A stretch of DNA of 38,651 bases, taken from contig JBHIBG010000018.1 in NCBI GenBank assembly GCA_046758965.1, positions 1-38,651 of the forward strand, written 5' to 3'. This stretch comes from Candidatus Methylomirabilia bacterium (GTDB lineage: Bacteria; Methylomirabilota; Methylomirabilia; Rokubacteriales; CSP1-6). Under the pieces are notes generated by a model. It was not told the origin of the DNA and searched no databases. It saw only the letters and a list, made by a program, of their open reading frames with translations. Numbering within the stretch: position 1 is the first letter of the stretch; the number at the start of each line of letters is the position of its first letter. The position numbers and the translations under genes were made by a program. Positions 1 through 9,278 of this stretch are shown in pieces.

Positions 1-69
1 ACCGCCAAGGCCCTCGGCCTCACGATTCCCCCGTCCCTCCTCTTCCAGGCGGACAAGGTCATTGAGTGA
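1..69 (+). CDS. C-terminal end of a putative ABC transporter substrate-binding protein (ABC_sub_bind type), partial at window edge
   Basis: Frame 1 reads TAKALGLTIPPSLLFQADKVIE*, the typical C-terminus of this family; stop at 67-69. Confidence 0.8.
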   Translation, partial: TAKALGLTIPPSLLFQADKVIE

Positions 70-75
70 AGCGCC

Positions 76-852
76 ATGTTGAGGGGAATCATTGCTGGCG
101 CCCTTGCTGTACTGTGCTCTGTCTCATCGGCTGCGTCTGGCGAGAACGTCACTTTTGCGGGCAAGACAACCAGTGACAATCCGCTGACGCTGACTGGCAT
201 CCTAGCGAAGGCGGACGGCGACGGCCCGTTTCCTGCCGTCGTGCTCCTGCATGGTTGCTCGGGCATTCGCCCCCTTTACCGCGCCTGGGTGGCCAGGCTC
301 GTCGTGTGGGGCTACGTGGCCCTGCAGGTGGACAGCTTCAACCCGCGTGGCAAAACGTACATTTGCGACAAGCTGTTGGCTATCAGTTCCTTCGAGCGCG
401 CTAAGGACGCCCACGCGGCAAAGGCGTATCTGGCCGGTCTGCCGTTCGTGCGGGGTGACCGGATTGCGGTCCTGGGATGGTCTCATGGAGGGTCCGCGAC
501 GCTTGAGGCGGTCAACAATCCACCTTCGGTGGAGCGCTGGGCCGATCCCTTCCGGGTGGCCGTCGCCTTCTACCCCTGGTGCTGGAGCGCGATTCACCGC
601 CCCGATGCGCCGCTACTGATCCTGATCGGGGAGCGGGATGACTGGACGCCTGCAGGGCTGTGCCGGAACATGCGGGTGAAAGGCGAGACGCTCCACAGTG
701 TGAGCCTGAAGGTCTATCCCGGCGCCCACCATGGCTTCGACTTTGAGGGGCTCAATCTGGACCGGGAAGGCCACCACCTAGAGCATGATCCGGTGGCCAG
801 CACGGACGCGATCAAGCGCGTGAAGGACTTTCTGGCGCAGCACCTGCGGTGA
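76..852 (+). CDS. Dienelactone hydrolase family alpha/beta hydrolase, probably secreted
   Basis: Signal peptide, GPFPAVVLLHGCSG, nucleophile elbow GWSHGG, GERDDW acid, YPGAHHGFD His. Confidence 0.85.
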   Translation: MLRGIIAGALAVLCSVSSAASGENVTFAGKTTSDNPLTLTGILAKADGDGPFPAVVLLHGCSGIRPLYRAWVARLVVWGYVALQVDSFNPRGKTYICDKLLAISSFERAKDAHAAKAYLAGLPFVRGDRIAVLGWSHGGSATLEAVNNPPSVERWADPFRVAVAFYPWCWSAIHRPDAPLLILIGERDDWTPAGLCRNMRVKGETLHSVSLKVYPGAHHGFDFEGLNLDREGHHLEHDPVASTDAIKRVKDFLAQHLR

Positions 853-990
853 CCTTGAGCACTTCGTCCAGGCCCACTGCCCCTGCGGCGAGCTGACCGG
901 GGAGGCGCGGGAGCCTGCGCCCGAGGGCTACAGGATCTGGATCACCTGCTCCTGCGGCGAGGTCTTTGACCGCTGAGTGACCTTGGAAAA
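851..990 (+). pseudogene. Remnant of a small Cys-motif protein
   Basis: Frame from 851 reads DLEHFVQAHCPCGELTGEAREPAPEGYRIWITCSCGEVFDR*VTLEK; no nearby start codon; in-frame TGA at 974-976 (plausibly TGG>TGA). Confidence 0.5.
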
Positions 991-1017
991 AGTAAGAGTA
1001 AGATCCGTTCCGCTCAA

Positions 1018-2025
1018 ATGGCGTGCTTATACTGCCGGCGTGGCCAGCCTGTTCTTAGGATGACAGATTCGCATGTCTTCCCGCGGAGCTTCGGCGGCAC
1101 GCTCAGGGTTCGTCAGCTAGTTTGCGGCTCGTGCAACGGCCGAATCTCCCGGGAAGTAGAGTGGCCCGCACGTAGAGACTTCTCACCGTTCCTGAGCTGG
1201 TGGGGCATCCGGGGTCGATCACGGCGCCCCCCACGTGTCGAAGGTACTCTGATCTTCGGGGATCTCCAGGCCCGCGCCAGTGTTGATGGCCGCGGTGACC
1301 CGGTGGAGATCCATCCGATAGAGGGCGTCGACGCGACGGGCCACCGACAGGTGACGCTTCTCGGACCCGCTGGCGAAGTCGAGCGTCGCCGGGCAAGGTA
1401 TGAGCGGCGATGGCCCCAATGGACCTGGAGGGACCTCGACCTGGCGACGCTTCCGCCACCCGTGTTTGAAGGTACCTTACCAACGGCTTCCCTGATTAGT
1501 TCGTACATGCGCCGGCTGGCTGCGAAGATCGCTTTCGAGGCATTCGCACGTAAACGGCGGCGTGCACCGACTATACCCCTGGACCAGGAGTACGACGGTA
1601 TCCGCCGCTTCATCTTGGAAGGTGTAGAGCCACCTCAGGCGGTGGCTGGCCTCTTGTGGCACGAGCGCCTTATGACGCGGCCCCTGCGGCTACCGATCCC
1701 GCTGCATATGGTTGCCTTGGTCGAGCACCTAGCAGATCTTGTGTTCGGCGGTTTCGTGGTTCTGTTTGGGCTCTACTACTATTGGGTCATCCTATCCCAC
1801 CGTCATGCTGCCCTTGCACCAACAGAACCCATTCTGCTGATTCACCCCCAGGCAGGCACAATCATAGAGCCGATCTTGCGAGCTACGCCGCGCCCGGTCC
1901 GGGTGCCATGGCGAGTGCTGATCGCAGGGACAGCAGACCAACAGGCCACACTCCGCCGGGCGACACAGTTTGCGATCCAGAAGCTTCGGCAACTCACCGC
2001 CGATCACGCTCCCGCGGCGCAATAA
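1018..2025 (+). CDS. HNH endonuclease domain protein (HNH_5-like N-terminus, uncharacterised C-terminus)
   Basis: CLYC...SHVFPRSFGG...VCGSCNG zinc/HNH pattern; more A/T-ending codons than neighbouring core genes. Confidence 0.75.
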   Translation: MACLYCRRGQPVLRMTDSHVFPRSFGGTLRVRQLVCGSCNGRISREVEWPARRDFSPFLSWWGIRGRSRRPPRVEGTLIFGDLQARASVDGRGDPVEIHPIEGVDATGHRQVTLLGPAGEVERRRARYERRWPQWTWRDLDLATLPPPVFEGTLPTASLISSYMRRLAAKIAFEAFARKRRRAPTIPLDQEYDGIRRFILEGVEPPQAVAGLLWHERLMTRPLRLPIPLHMVALVEHLADLVFGGFVVLFGLYYYWVILSHRHAALAPTEPILLIHPQAGTIIEPILRATPRPVRVPWRVLIAGTADQQATLRRATQFAIQKLRQLTADHAPAAQ

Positions 2026-2226
2026 TCCTGGTGCACTGCAAGACGCTGGCCCCACGCTGGGCTGATCCGCCTGGGCTACGCTTGGGCGGCGACGATCCCG
2101 CCGCCGGTGGGGCGACACGATGGTCAGGCACCAGGAGCTATTCCTGAAGCTCCAGCGGGAGACTCAGGAGGTCGGACCAGGGCTCTGAGAGAGTTCGGTC
2201 GGTGGGGCCGGGACCCAAGGTTAGCT

Positions 2227-2274
2227 TGCTACCACGCTGCTACCAAACCACCCCGCACCAGGGGAACCCAGGGG
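2227..2274. repeat. Short direct repeats TGCTACCA x2 (11-bp period) and CCAGGGG x2 (10-bp period)
   Basis: TGCTACCA at 2227-2234 and 2238-2245; CCAGGGG at 2258-2264 and 2268-2274. Confidence 0.55.
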
Positions 2275-2398
2275 CACCATCGCCTAGTCCGTTTCTTCGG
2301 TTTCTTGCGGGGATAGGTCGTCTTGGGTATGCTCAGGTTGGCCCGAATCCGAAAGTACTGTTCGGCACGAACATGCGTCAAGGTTCGAGGGGAGGGCC

Positions 2399-2902
2399 GT
2401 GAGGCTTATTCTGATCCGCCACGCTGACGCCGGAGATCCGGACCCGCACCGCTATTCGGATGACCACCTGCGCCCGCTCATCCCGCAAGGGCGCCGGGAC
2501 CACGAGGTCGTCGCGCGGGCCCTGGCCCGTATGGGGTGTGCCCCGAGCCATCTCCTGACGAGCCCGCTTCGTCGGGCTCGGGAGACCGCGGAGATTACTG
2601 CACAGGCTCTCGGCTGGGCAGGGAGGATCGAGGCTGTGGACACCCTGGGGGACCAGTTCTCAGTGGCGGGTCTTCTCGATCATCTCGCGCGCTTGCCGGA
2701 AGATGCCACCGTCGTCGCCGTGGGCCACGAGCCGCACCTCTCCGAGTTCGCAGGCAAGCTCCTCGATTCTGAGGGGGCACCGACGATCGTGCTCCGCAAG
2801 AGTGGTGTGATCGGGCTTGAGTGCGCGGGCAAGCCAGCTCCCGGCGGTGGCCGGCTCCTCTTCCTGCTGCCCGCCCGAGAGCTGCTCCGACTGCTGAGCT
2901 AG
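2399..2902 (+). CDS. sixA: Phosphohistidine phosphatase SixA (histidine phosphatase superfamily)
   Basis: LILIRHADA, LTSPLRRARETA and VGHEP motifs; 167 aa; GGGGAGG RBS before GTG. Confidence 0.85.
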   Translation: MRLILIRHADAGDPDPHRYSDDHLRPLIPQGRRDHEVVARALARMGCAPSHLLTSPLRRARETAEITAQALGWAGRIEAVDTLGDQFSVAGLLDHLARLPEDATVVAVGHEPHLSEFAGKLLDSEGAPTIVLRKSGVIGLECAGKPAPGGGRLLFLLPARELLRLLS

Positions 2903-3000
2903 GTCAAGCGGGGAGTAGATCAGGCGGGTGGCGCGGAGAGCGGGCGCCCCCGCCGCCCGCAGCGGAGGTCCCCACACCGGGCGGGGGTGCGAGGACGGCG

Positions 3001-3030
3001 GGGCACCCACACCCTTCGGCGTGGGTGCCC
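3001..3030. repeat. GC-rich REP-like hairpin
   Basis: GGGCACCCAC (3001-3010) and GTGGGTGCCC (3021-3030) form a perfect 10-bp inverted repeat. Confidence 0.75.
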
Positions 3031-3090
3031 GGCCACGCCCCACCCGGTTGACCCGCGCAGGACTTTTATTGCGGGCTGCCAAACAAATGT

Positions 3091-3145
3091 CCCCCTCACC
3101 CTTCCCTCTCCCCCTCGAAGGGGGAGAGGACTAAAGGTGAGGGGG
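3091..3145. repeat. Nested palindrome (REP-like or bidirectional terminator) between convergent genes
   Basis: Outer stem CCCCCTCACC/GGTGAGGGGG; inner stem CCTCTCCCCCT-cga-AGGGGGAGAGG. Confidence 0.75.
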
Positions 3146-3193
3146 TCGAGAGACATGGGACATTAGAGATTCAGTTGTCAATAGCTGCGCGGC

Positions 3194-4375
3194 TCACCGG
3201 GCCGGGTAACGCACCGTGGCGGTTGCCCGCTCCTTCGGATAGACCACGACGTGCCTCCCTCCCTGGATCTGGATGACCACTCGCTCGTAGAAGAGCGGAT
3301 CGCCGCGCTCGTCGAACTTCACCCGGCCCAGCGGCGTCTTCACGTCCGCGCTCGCAAGGGCGTCTCTCAGTGTCTCCCCCGTGAGCGGTTTGCCTGAGAC
3401 CATCACGCTCTCCATGGCGTGGAGCAGGGTCTTCGCGGCGGCATACCCGTGCATGGTCAACGGCACGGGCTTGCGGCCGAACTGCTTGGTGAACCCTTGG
3501 ATGAAGGCGAGGGATTCGCGCTCGTTGGCCCCGAGGCTGACTCCGGGCTGCCAGGATGTGGTCCCGAAGAGCCCCTCGCTCTCCGTCCCGAGCTCGGCGA
3601 TCACCCTTGGGAACTCCATGCCGAAGGCGCCGAGGAACGCTTTGACGCGAATGCCGGCCTGCGCCATCTGGCGTACCAGGAGGAGGTGGTCGCGGAAGAA
3701 GGTGTCGGAGAGGAGGACTTCCGCCCCCTGGTCGCGCACGTGCGCCAGGAGCGGGGTGAAGTCGGAGAGCCCCGGCGAAAACTCCGCGACCACTGACACT
3801 CGCACTCCTGCCGCCTCAAGCCTTTCCCGCTGCCGCCGGGCGAGCTGGCTGGCCCCCGGCGTGGACGAGTGGAAGATGGCCACGTCCTTCGCTCCGAACT
3901 CGTCGAGGATGATGCCGGTGGTGGCCTTGACAAAGGATGCGAGGCTGGAGATCCGGAAGAAGTAGCGGTTGTCGCGCCCGGTCAGCCGCTCATCCAGGGA
4001 GGCCGTCGCCAGATAGGGGATCGCTGAGCGCTCGGCCACCTGGCTAATCGGGCCTACCAGGCGGTCCACGTAGCCGCCGACGAGGGCGACTGCCCCCTGG
4101 CGTGAGACCAACTCCTCAGCGGCGGCGATCGCCCGCTCGGGCTTTCCCTCGTCGTCGCGGGAGAGGAGCAGGAGGGGGTGGCCGGCGACCCCACCCCGGG
4201 CGTTGGCCTCCTCGATGGCCATGAGGATCCCCTGGTGGACGGCGGTGCCCATCAGGGCTAAGACGCCTGTCCGCGGGTTGATCTCGCCGATGACGATCGG
4301 ATGGGCCGCCTCGGCATTGGCTATGGCTCCGAGGCCGATGAGAAGAAGCGACATGAGCGCAACCCGGAACTTCAT
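3194..4375 (-). CDS. Branched-chain amino acid type (LivK/LivJ family) ABC substrate-binding protein
   Basis: Signal peptide; IGEINPRTG...G..MAIEEANARGGVAG...DDEGKP; C-terminal TPLGRVKFDERGD. Confidence 0.88.
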   Translation of the reverse strand: MKFRVALMSLLLIGLGAIANAEAAHPIVIGEINPRTGVLALMGTAVHQGILMAIEEANARGGVAGHPLLLLSRDDEGKPERAIAAAEELVSRQGAVALVGGYVDRLVGPISQVAERSAIPYLATASLDERLTGRDNRYFFRISSLASFVKATTGIILDEFGAKDVAIFHSSTPGASQLARRQRERLEAAGVRVSVVAEFSPGLSDFTPLLAHVRDQGAEVLLSDTFFRDHLLLVRQMAQAGIRVKAFLGAFGMEFPRVIAELGTESEGLFGTTSWQPGVSLGANERESLAFIQGFTKQFGRKPVPLTMHGYAAAKTLLHAMESVMVSGKPLTGETLRDALASADVKTPLGRVKFDERGDPLFYERVVIQIQGGRHVVVYPKERATATVRYPAR

Positions 4376-4438
4376 GAGCAGGCTCCCTCCTCGGTAAGGC
4401 TCATCGTATCAACGGATAACCGGGAACGCCACCCTCAG

Positions 4439-5179
4439 TCAACCCGGAGGCATCCTCAGGTAGGCCTCAACCGCGCGGAGGTCTTCCTCGGTGTCGACGT
4501 GGATGGTCGGCTCGGTGGTCTCGACGACGCGAATTGGGATCCCGTTTTCGAGAAGGCGGAGCTGCTCGAGCTGCTCGGCAATCTCAAGGGCTGAGGGCGA
4601 AAGCTGGTGAAAGGCCTCCAGTGAACCCCGACGGAAGGCATAGAGCCCCACGTGCTTCCAGTACACGGCATTGCCGGTCGGATCTCGCTCGTAGGGGATT
4701 GGATTGCGGGAGAAATAGAGGGCGTTCCCCCGGACATCGGTCACCACCTTGCACACGTTGGGATTCAGGGCCTCCTCTGCCGTGGCCCTGATCCTGAGGG
4801 TGGAGACTTGGGTCTCGGCGTCCGCCTCGAACGGTTCGACGAGAGCCCGGATGTGGCTCGGGGAGAGCAGCGGCTCGTCCCCCTGGATGTTCACGTAGAG
4901 ATCGGCGACGTGGGCTCGGGAAACCTCCCAGACGCGGTCGGTCCCCGAGGGATGGGCGGCCGAGGTCATGACCACCGGGATCCCGTGGGCACGGCACGTT
5001 GCGGCGACCTCCTCCGAGTCCGTCGCCACGAGGAGATCGGCCAGGAGCTTCGACTCCCGCGCCCGGCGATAGACGTGGCAGACCATGGGCGATCCGGCGA
5101 TCTCCCGGAGCACCTTTCCGGGGAGGCGCACCGAGGCCAGGCGGGCGGGGATGACGCCGAGGACTCTGAGCGCGCTCAC
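4439..5179 (-). CDS. kdsB: 3-deoxy-manno-octulosonate cytidylyltransferase (CMP-KDO synthetase)
   Basis: IPARLASVRLPGK, HPSGTDR, VNIQGDEP, ALYFSR.PIP, HVGLYAFR, EQLEQLRLLENG. Confidence 0.95.
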   Translation of the reverse strand: MSALRVLGVIPARLASVRLPGKVLREIAGSPMVCHVYRRARESKLLADLLVATDSEEVAATCRAHGIPVVMTSAAHPSGTDRVWEVSRAHVADLYVNIQGDEPLLSPSHIRALVEPFEADAETQVSTLRIRATAEEALNPNVCKVVTDVRGNALYFSRNPIPYERDPTGNAVYWKHVGLYAFRRGSLEAFHQLSPSALEIAEQLEQLRLLENGIPIRVVETTEPTIHVDTEEDLRAVEAYLRMPPG

Positions 5180-5190
5180 GGCTGCTGGGC

Positions 5191-6186
5191 TCAGGGGCTG
5201 AAGGCCTGGACGGTGCGGAGCAGGGTGGGGAAGGGCGTCGGTCCGGGAGTGAACGGCAGGACCACGGGCTGGGTGAGGCCGGCCTTGGCGAACTCCTTGA
5301 GACGCTGACGGCAGGAGTCAGTCGAGCCCACCACCCCGAGGCCGTCGAGGAAGCGCGGGGAGATCTGCTTGACAGCGCCTTGGCGATCGCCGGCCTGCCA
5401 GGCCCTGTTCACGGCCTCAACCTCGGCGCCGAAGCCGCAGCCGGCGAAGAAGCGGGCGTACGTGTCCACGATACAGTAGCCGGTGATCTCCCTGGCGAGC
5501 CACTGCCGCGCGAGCTCGGGGTCATCGGTCACCGAGGCTCGAATGTAGCAGGCGATCTCGAAGTTGTCCAGACTCCGGCCGCCCCGCTTGGCCCCGATCT
5601 CGATCTGCCTGATCGACTCGGGAATCGCCTCCGGCGGGATCCAGTTCAGGAGGACACCATCGGCGATCTCTCCCGCGAGCTGGAGCATCCTGGGCCCGAG
5701 GGCGCCCAGGTAGATCGGGACCGGTTTGGGCGGCGGGGGGATCACGAGGCGGAAGTTCCTTATCCGGTAGAACTCTCCCTCGAAGTTCACCCGCTCTCCC
5801 GCCATGACCTTCCGGATGATGGTTACGGCCTCCTTGAGCTGGGCCAGCGGGCGCTCGAAGGCGAGGCCATGCCACTGGCCCACGATGATCTTGCTTGAGA
5901 TGCCGAGCCCCAGGGCGATCCGGCCCGGGGCCAGAGTCCCCAGGGTCGCGGCGGTCATTCCCAGGACGATCGGGGTCCGGGTCTGCAGCGGGATGATCCC
6001 CGTAGCAATCTGCAACGCTCTCGTATTGGTGGCCAGGAGGGTCATCGTGGTGACGGCATCGGAGCCGGCGATCTCCCCCGTCCATGCGGTGTGGTAGCCA
6101 CGCGCTTCAGCCTCCTGGGCCAGCTTGAGGTGATCGGCAACCGGCATCGGGTTCGAGAAGGGGATGACGACTCCGAGTGGAGACAT
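5191..6186 (-). CDS. LLM-class (luciferase-like) flavin/F420-dependent oxidoreductase
   Basis: AEARGYHTAWTGE, GRIALGLG, PIYLGALGPRMLQLAGEIADGVLLN. Confidence 0.88.
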   Translation of the reverse strand: MSPLGVVIPFSNPMPVADHLKLAQEAEARGYHTAWTGEIAGSDAVTTMTLLATNTRALQIATGIIPLQTRTPIVLGMTAATLGTLAPGRIALGLGISSKIIVGQWHGLAFERPLAQLKEAVTIIRKVMAGERVNFEGEFYRIRNFRLVIPPPPKPVPIYLGALGPRMLQLAGEIADGVLLNWIPPEAIPESIRQIEIGAKRGGRSLDNFEIACYIRASVTDDPELARQWLAREITGYCIVDTYARFFAGCGFGAEVEAVNRAWQAGDRQGAVKQISPRFLDGLGVVGSTDSCRQRLKEFAKAGLTQPVVLPFTPGPTPFPTLLRTVQAFSP

Positions 6187-6190
6187 GAGC

Positions 6191-6961
6191 TTACTCCGTC
6201 TGAATCGCGTCGCGGGCGGCCTTGGCAGCGTCGGTCATGAATCGGAGATCCCCCAAGATCCCCACCAGCCGCCATCCCTCGCGAATTCTCCGGTTCACCG
6301 TCGCGGTCGCGGCGCAGTGGATTCCCGCAGCCACGCCGTGACGTTGGGCGGAGCGGAGGATGGTCTGAACAGCCTCCTCGAACTCCTTGTGGGGGGGCTC
6401 CAGAGACGGAGTGAGCCCCATGGAGGCGCAGAGGTCGTTGGGCCCGATGTAGCAAGCATCCAGGTCCCGCACGGAGAGGATGTCGTCGATCTTCCGCACG
6501 CCATCGATGTGCTCGATCTGAGCGACTACGACGATCTCGTCGTTCGCGCGCTGGAAGTAGGTCTGAGGATCGGTCTTGAAGGACAGCGCATGCCGGCCGC
6601 CCCCAAGGCTCCTGATGCCCCGGGGCGGGTACTTCGCCGCCGCGACGATCAGTTCGGCCTCCTCGTGGCTCTTCACGTTGGGGGCCACGCACCCCCACGC
6701 GCCGGCGTCAAGGACCCGTTTGATGTTCTCCTCGTTGGCCCGGGGGATGCGGGCCATCGGGGCCACCGGGTAGCGGCCGATGGCCTGGAACATGGTCGCC
6801 ATCGCGTGGAGGTCGATGGGGCTATGCTCCGTGTCCACCACCAACCAGTCGAACCCGAGGGCAGCGATGGCCTCGGCAGCGATCGGGTCGCCGAGGTTCA
6901 ACCAGGTCCCAACCGCCGCCTTGCCATCCTTCAGCTTCCGCTTCACCGGGTTCGTCGTCAT
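6191..6961 (-). CDS. HpcH/HpaI family 2-keto-3-deoxy acid aldolase
   Basis: GFDWLVVDTEH, KRVLDAGA, YPPRGIRS, QIEH, YIGPNDL. Confidence 0.9.
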   Translation of the reverse strand: MTTNPVKRKLKDGKAAVGTWLNLGDPIAAEAIAALGFDWLVVDTEHSPIDLHAMATMFQAIGRYPVAPMARIPRANEENIKRVLDAGAWGCVAPNVKSHEEAELIVAAAKYPPRGIRSLGGGRHALSFKTDPQTYFQRANDEIVVVAQIEHIDGVRKIDDILSVRDLDACYIGPNDLCASMGLTPSLEPPHKEFEEAVQTILRSAQRHGVAAGIHCAATATVNRRIREGWRLVGILGDLRFMTDAAKAARDAIQTE

Positions 6962-7110
6962 CCGGGATCCTCCAGTTGGCGTCTAGCACAAGAGCGCAAT
7001 CATCCTAGCAGACCAGGGCATGGGAGCAAAGCCGGCGGTGCATGCCGCATGGATGCGAGCCAATCCAATCGCGACCGTCCTTCGGATGGTGCCCGGCGGG
7101 CCGCGATCGA

Positions 7111-7177
7111 GCGCGGGCTTTGCCCGCGCAACCGGAGGGGGGAGGTTTCGGAGGGGGCCGCCGAGGCCCCCTCCGAA
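7111..7177. repeat. Tandem GC-rich hairpins just downstream of pafA (REP-like or terminator)
   Basis: GCGCGGGC-ttt-GCCCGCGC (7111-7129) and TTCGGAGGGGGCC-gccga-GGCCCCCTCCGAA (7147-7177, 13-bp stem). Confidence 0.8.
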
Positions 7178-7179
7178 GG

Positions 7180-8535
7180 CTAAAATGACCGGATCAGCCG
7201 TTCGACGCGATCGTCGCGGGACTGGAACGGGTCCTTGCAGAGGATGGTCTCGCGCTCCGGGTCGTTGAGCTTCAGATAGACCCAGTCCACGCGGTAGTCC
7301 TTGCCTCGCAGGTTGGCCTGTCGGATAAAGTCACCCCGGAGCCGGGCGCGGGTGGTCTGCGGCGGGGTGTGCTTGGCCGCTTCGATAGTTTCGTCCGTGA
7401 CGATCCGTTCCACTAGGTCCCGCTTGAGCAGGAGGTAGTAGAGCCCGCGGTCGGGGCGGATGTCGTGATACTGGAGGTCAATGAGGGAGATCTTGGGATC
7501 CCGCCAGGAGAGGCGGTATCGCCCCATGTAGGTCTCGATCAGCTCTTTCTTGATGACCCAGTCCAGCTCGCGGTTGAGCTGCATGGGATCCTGAGCGAGC
7601 TTCTCCAGGGTCTCCTGCCAGCGCGGCACGATGTCCTTGGTGACCGGATCGGCGTCGATGGTCTCCACGTAGCGCTGGGCCTGTTCCAGGTAGTCCATCT
7701 GGAGCTGGAGCGGCGTGATGCTCCGACCGTCTTTGAGCCTGATCGTCTGGCGGAGCGTCGGGTCGTGCGAGATGTCGCGGATCGCCTGCACCGGGGACTG
7801 GAGGCTCCAGTCCTTCTCGAAGCCGCCGTCTTCGATCATGTCCAGGATGAGAGCAGTGGTCCCCACCTTCAGGTAGGTCGCCGCCTCGGACATGTTGGAG
7901 TCGCCGACGATGACGTGCAGCCGGCGATAGCGCTCGGCGTCGGCGTGCGGCTCATCCCGGGTGTTGATGATGGAGCGGGAGGAGGTCGTGGCCCCTGAGA
8001 TCTCCTGGCAGATGTGCTGCGCGCGCTGGGAGAGGCAGTAATGGAAGCCGCGCGGGGTCTGCAGCACTTTGCCGGCGCCCGCGAAGATCTGTCGGGTGAC
8101 GAAGAAGGGGATCAGGGCCTCCGCCAGCCGTTGGAAGGAGACGTCCCGGGAGACCAGGTAGTTCTCGTGACAGCCGTAGGAGTTGCCCGCCGAGTCCGTG
8201 TTGTTCTTGAAGAGCATGATGTTCCCGGAGATGCCGTCTTCCCGGAGGCGCTTTTCGGCCTGATGGAGCAGGTCCTCTACGATGCGCTCGCCGGCCTTAT
8301 CGTGAACGAGCAACTCCTCGATGTCGTCGCACTCGGGGGTGGCGTACTCGGGGTGAAAGCCCGTGTCCAGGTAGAGGCGGGCGCCGTTCTCGAGGAAGAC
8401 GTTGGCGTTGCGGGCGCCGGGGATGACCTTCTCGAAGAGATAGCGGGCGACGTTGTCCGGCGAGAGGCGCCGCTGGCCGTTCAACATGCAGGTGAGGCCG
8501 TACTCGTTCTCCAGGCCGAGGATCCGACGTTTCAT
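7180..8535 (-). CDS. pafA: Pup--protein ligase
   Basis: [70 protein letters not shown]; lacks the Dop loop; follows prcA. Confidence 0.95.
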   Translation of the reverse strand: MKRRILGLENEYGLTCMLNGQRRLSPDNVARYLFEKVIPGARNANVFLENGARLYLDTGFHPEYATPECDDIEELLVHDKAGERIVEDLLHQAEKRLREDGISGNIMLFKNNTDSAGNSYGCHENYLVSRDVSFQRLAEALIPFFVTRQIFAGAGKVLQTPRGFHYCLSQRAQHICQEISGATTSSRSIINTRDEPHADAERYRRLHVIVGDSNMSEAATYLKVGTTALILDMIEDGGFEKDWSLQSPVQAIRDISHDPTLRQTIRLKDGRSITPLQLQMDYLEQAQRYVETIDADPVTKDIVPRWQETLEKLAQDPMQLNRELDWVIKKELIETYMGRYRLSWRDPKISLIDLQYHDIRPDRGLYYLLLKRDLVERIVTDETIEAAKHTPPQTTRARLRGDFIRQANLRGKDYRVDWVYLKLNDPERETILCKDPFQSRDDRVERLIRSF

Positions 8536-8584
8536 GCCTTAAGGGTATCAGCGGCCGGGGGACGACGCAAGAACCTCGGGAGAG

Positions 8585-9277
8585 CTATTTTCCGGCGAGG
8601 AGTTGACCGATGGCTTCGCGTGGGATGCGTCGGAACTTGCGGCGTTCCAGGGTGGAGTCCAGGACCGCCACCTCGAGATCTCGTTCCGTCAGGGTCTTGT
8701 TCTGGATTACGGTCAGGGCGCGCACGCCTAGCTGGAGGGCTTGCGCCAACGGCAGCTCCCCTTGGTAGTTGTCCTTCAGGAAGCGGCGGATCTCGTCGGC
8801 TTGCCCTCCCATCGCCGCGTAGTTGTGCTCGTCCTCGATGGTGCCGTCGTAGAGGATGTGGTAGATCTCATTCCTCGCGCCGTCCCGGTCGGCAACCTCC
8901 GCGACCAGCACCTCCACCTCGAACGGTTTGATATCCTGCGTGAAGATGTTCCCCAGTGCCTGGGAGTACGCATTGGCCAGGGCCTTGGCCGTGACGTCGC
9001 TGCGGCTGTAGCTGTACCCCCTGACGTCCGCGTGGCGGACCCCCGCAATCCGCAAGTTCTCGAACTCGTTGTACTTGCCGACCCCCGCAAAGGCGATCCG
9101 GTCGTAGATCTCCGAGATCTTGTGGAGCAGGGCGGAAGGGTTCTCCGCCACCAGGAGCACCCCGTCCCTGTACTCCAGCGCCACGATCGACTTCCCCCGA
9201 GCGATCCCCTTGCGGGCATACTCGGCCTTGTCCCGCATCATCTGCTCGGGGGAGACGTAGTAGGGAAGCGGCATCAC
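8585..9277 (-). CDS. prcA: 20S proteasome alpha subunit
   Basis: PYYVSPEQMMRDKAEYARKGIARG.S, KISEIYDRI.FA.VGKYNEFENLR, actinobacterial-type alpha subunit. Confidence 0.96.
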   Translation of the reverse strand: MMPLPYYVSPEQMMRDKAEYARKGIARGKSIVALEYRDGVLLVAENPSALLHKISEIYDRIAFAGVGKYNEFENLRIAGVRHADVRGYSYSRSDVTAKALANAYSQALGNIFTQDIKPFEVEVLVAEVADRDGARNEIYHILYDGTIEDEHNYAAMGGQADEIRRFLKDNYQGELPLAQALQLGVRALTVIQNKTLTERDLEVAVLDSTLERRKFRRIPREAIGQLLAGK

Positions 9278-9278
9278 G

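Noticed and set aside
2355..2390. tRNA-Pro-like fragment (ttcggcacga...ggttcga)
   Set aside because: No cloverleaf, paired T-stem or CCA end; resemblance too weak to call.
2903..3193. CRISPR array or ORFs in the sixA-SBP gap
   Set aside because: No regular repeat-spacer periodicity and no cas genes; the ORFs are low-complexity translations of hairpins.
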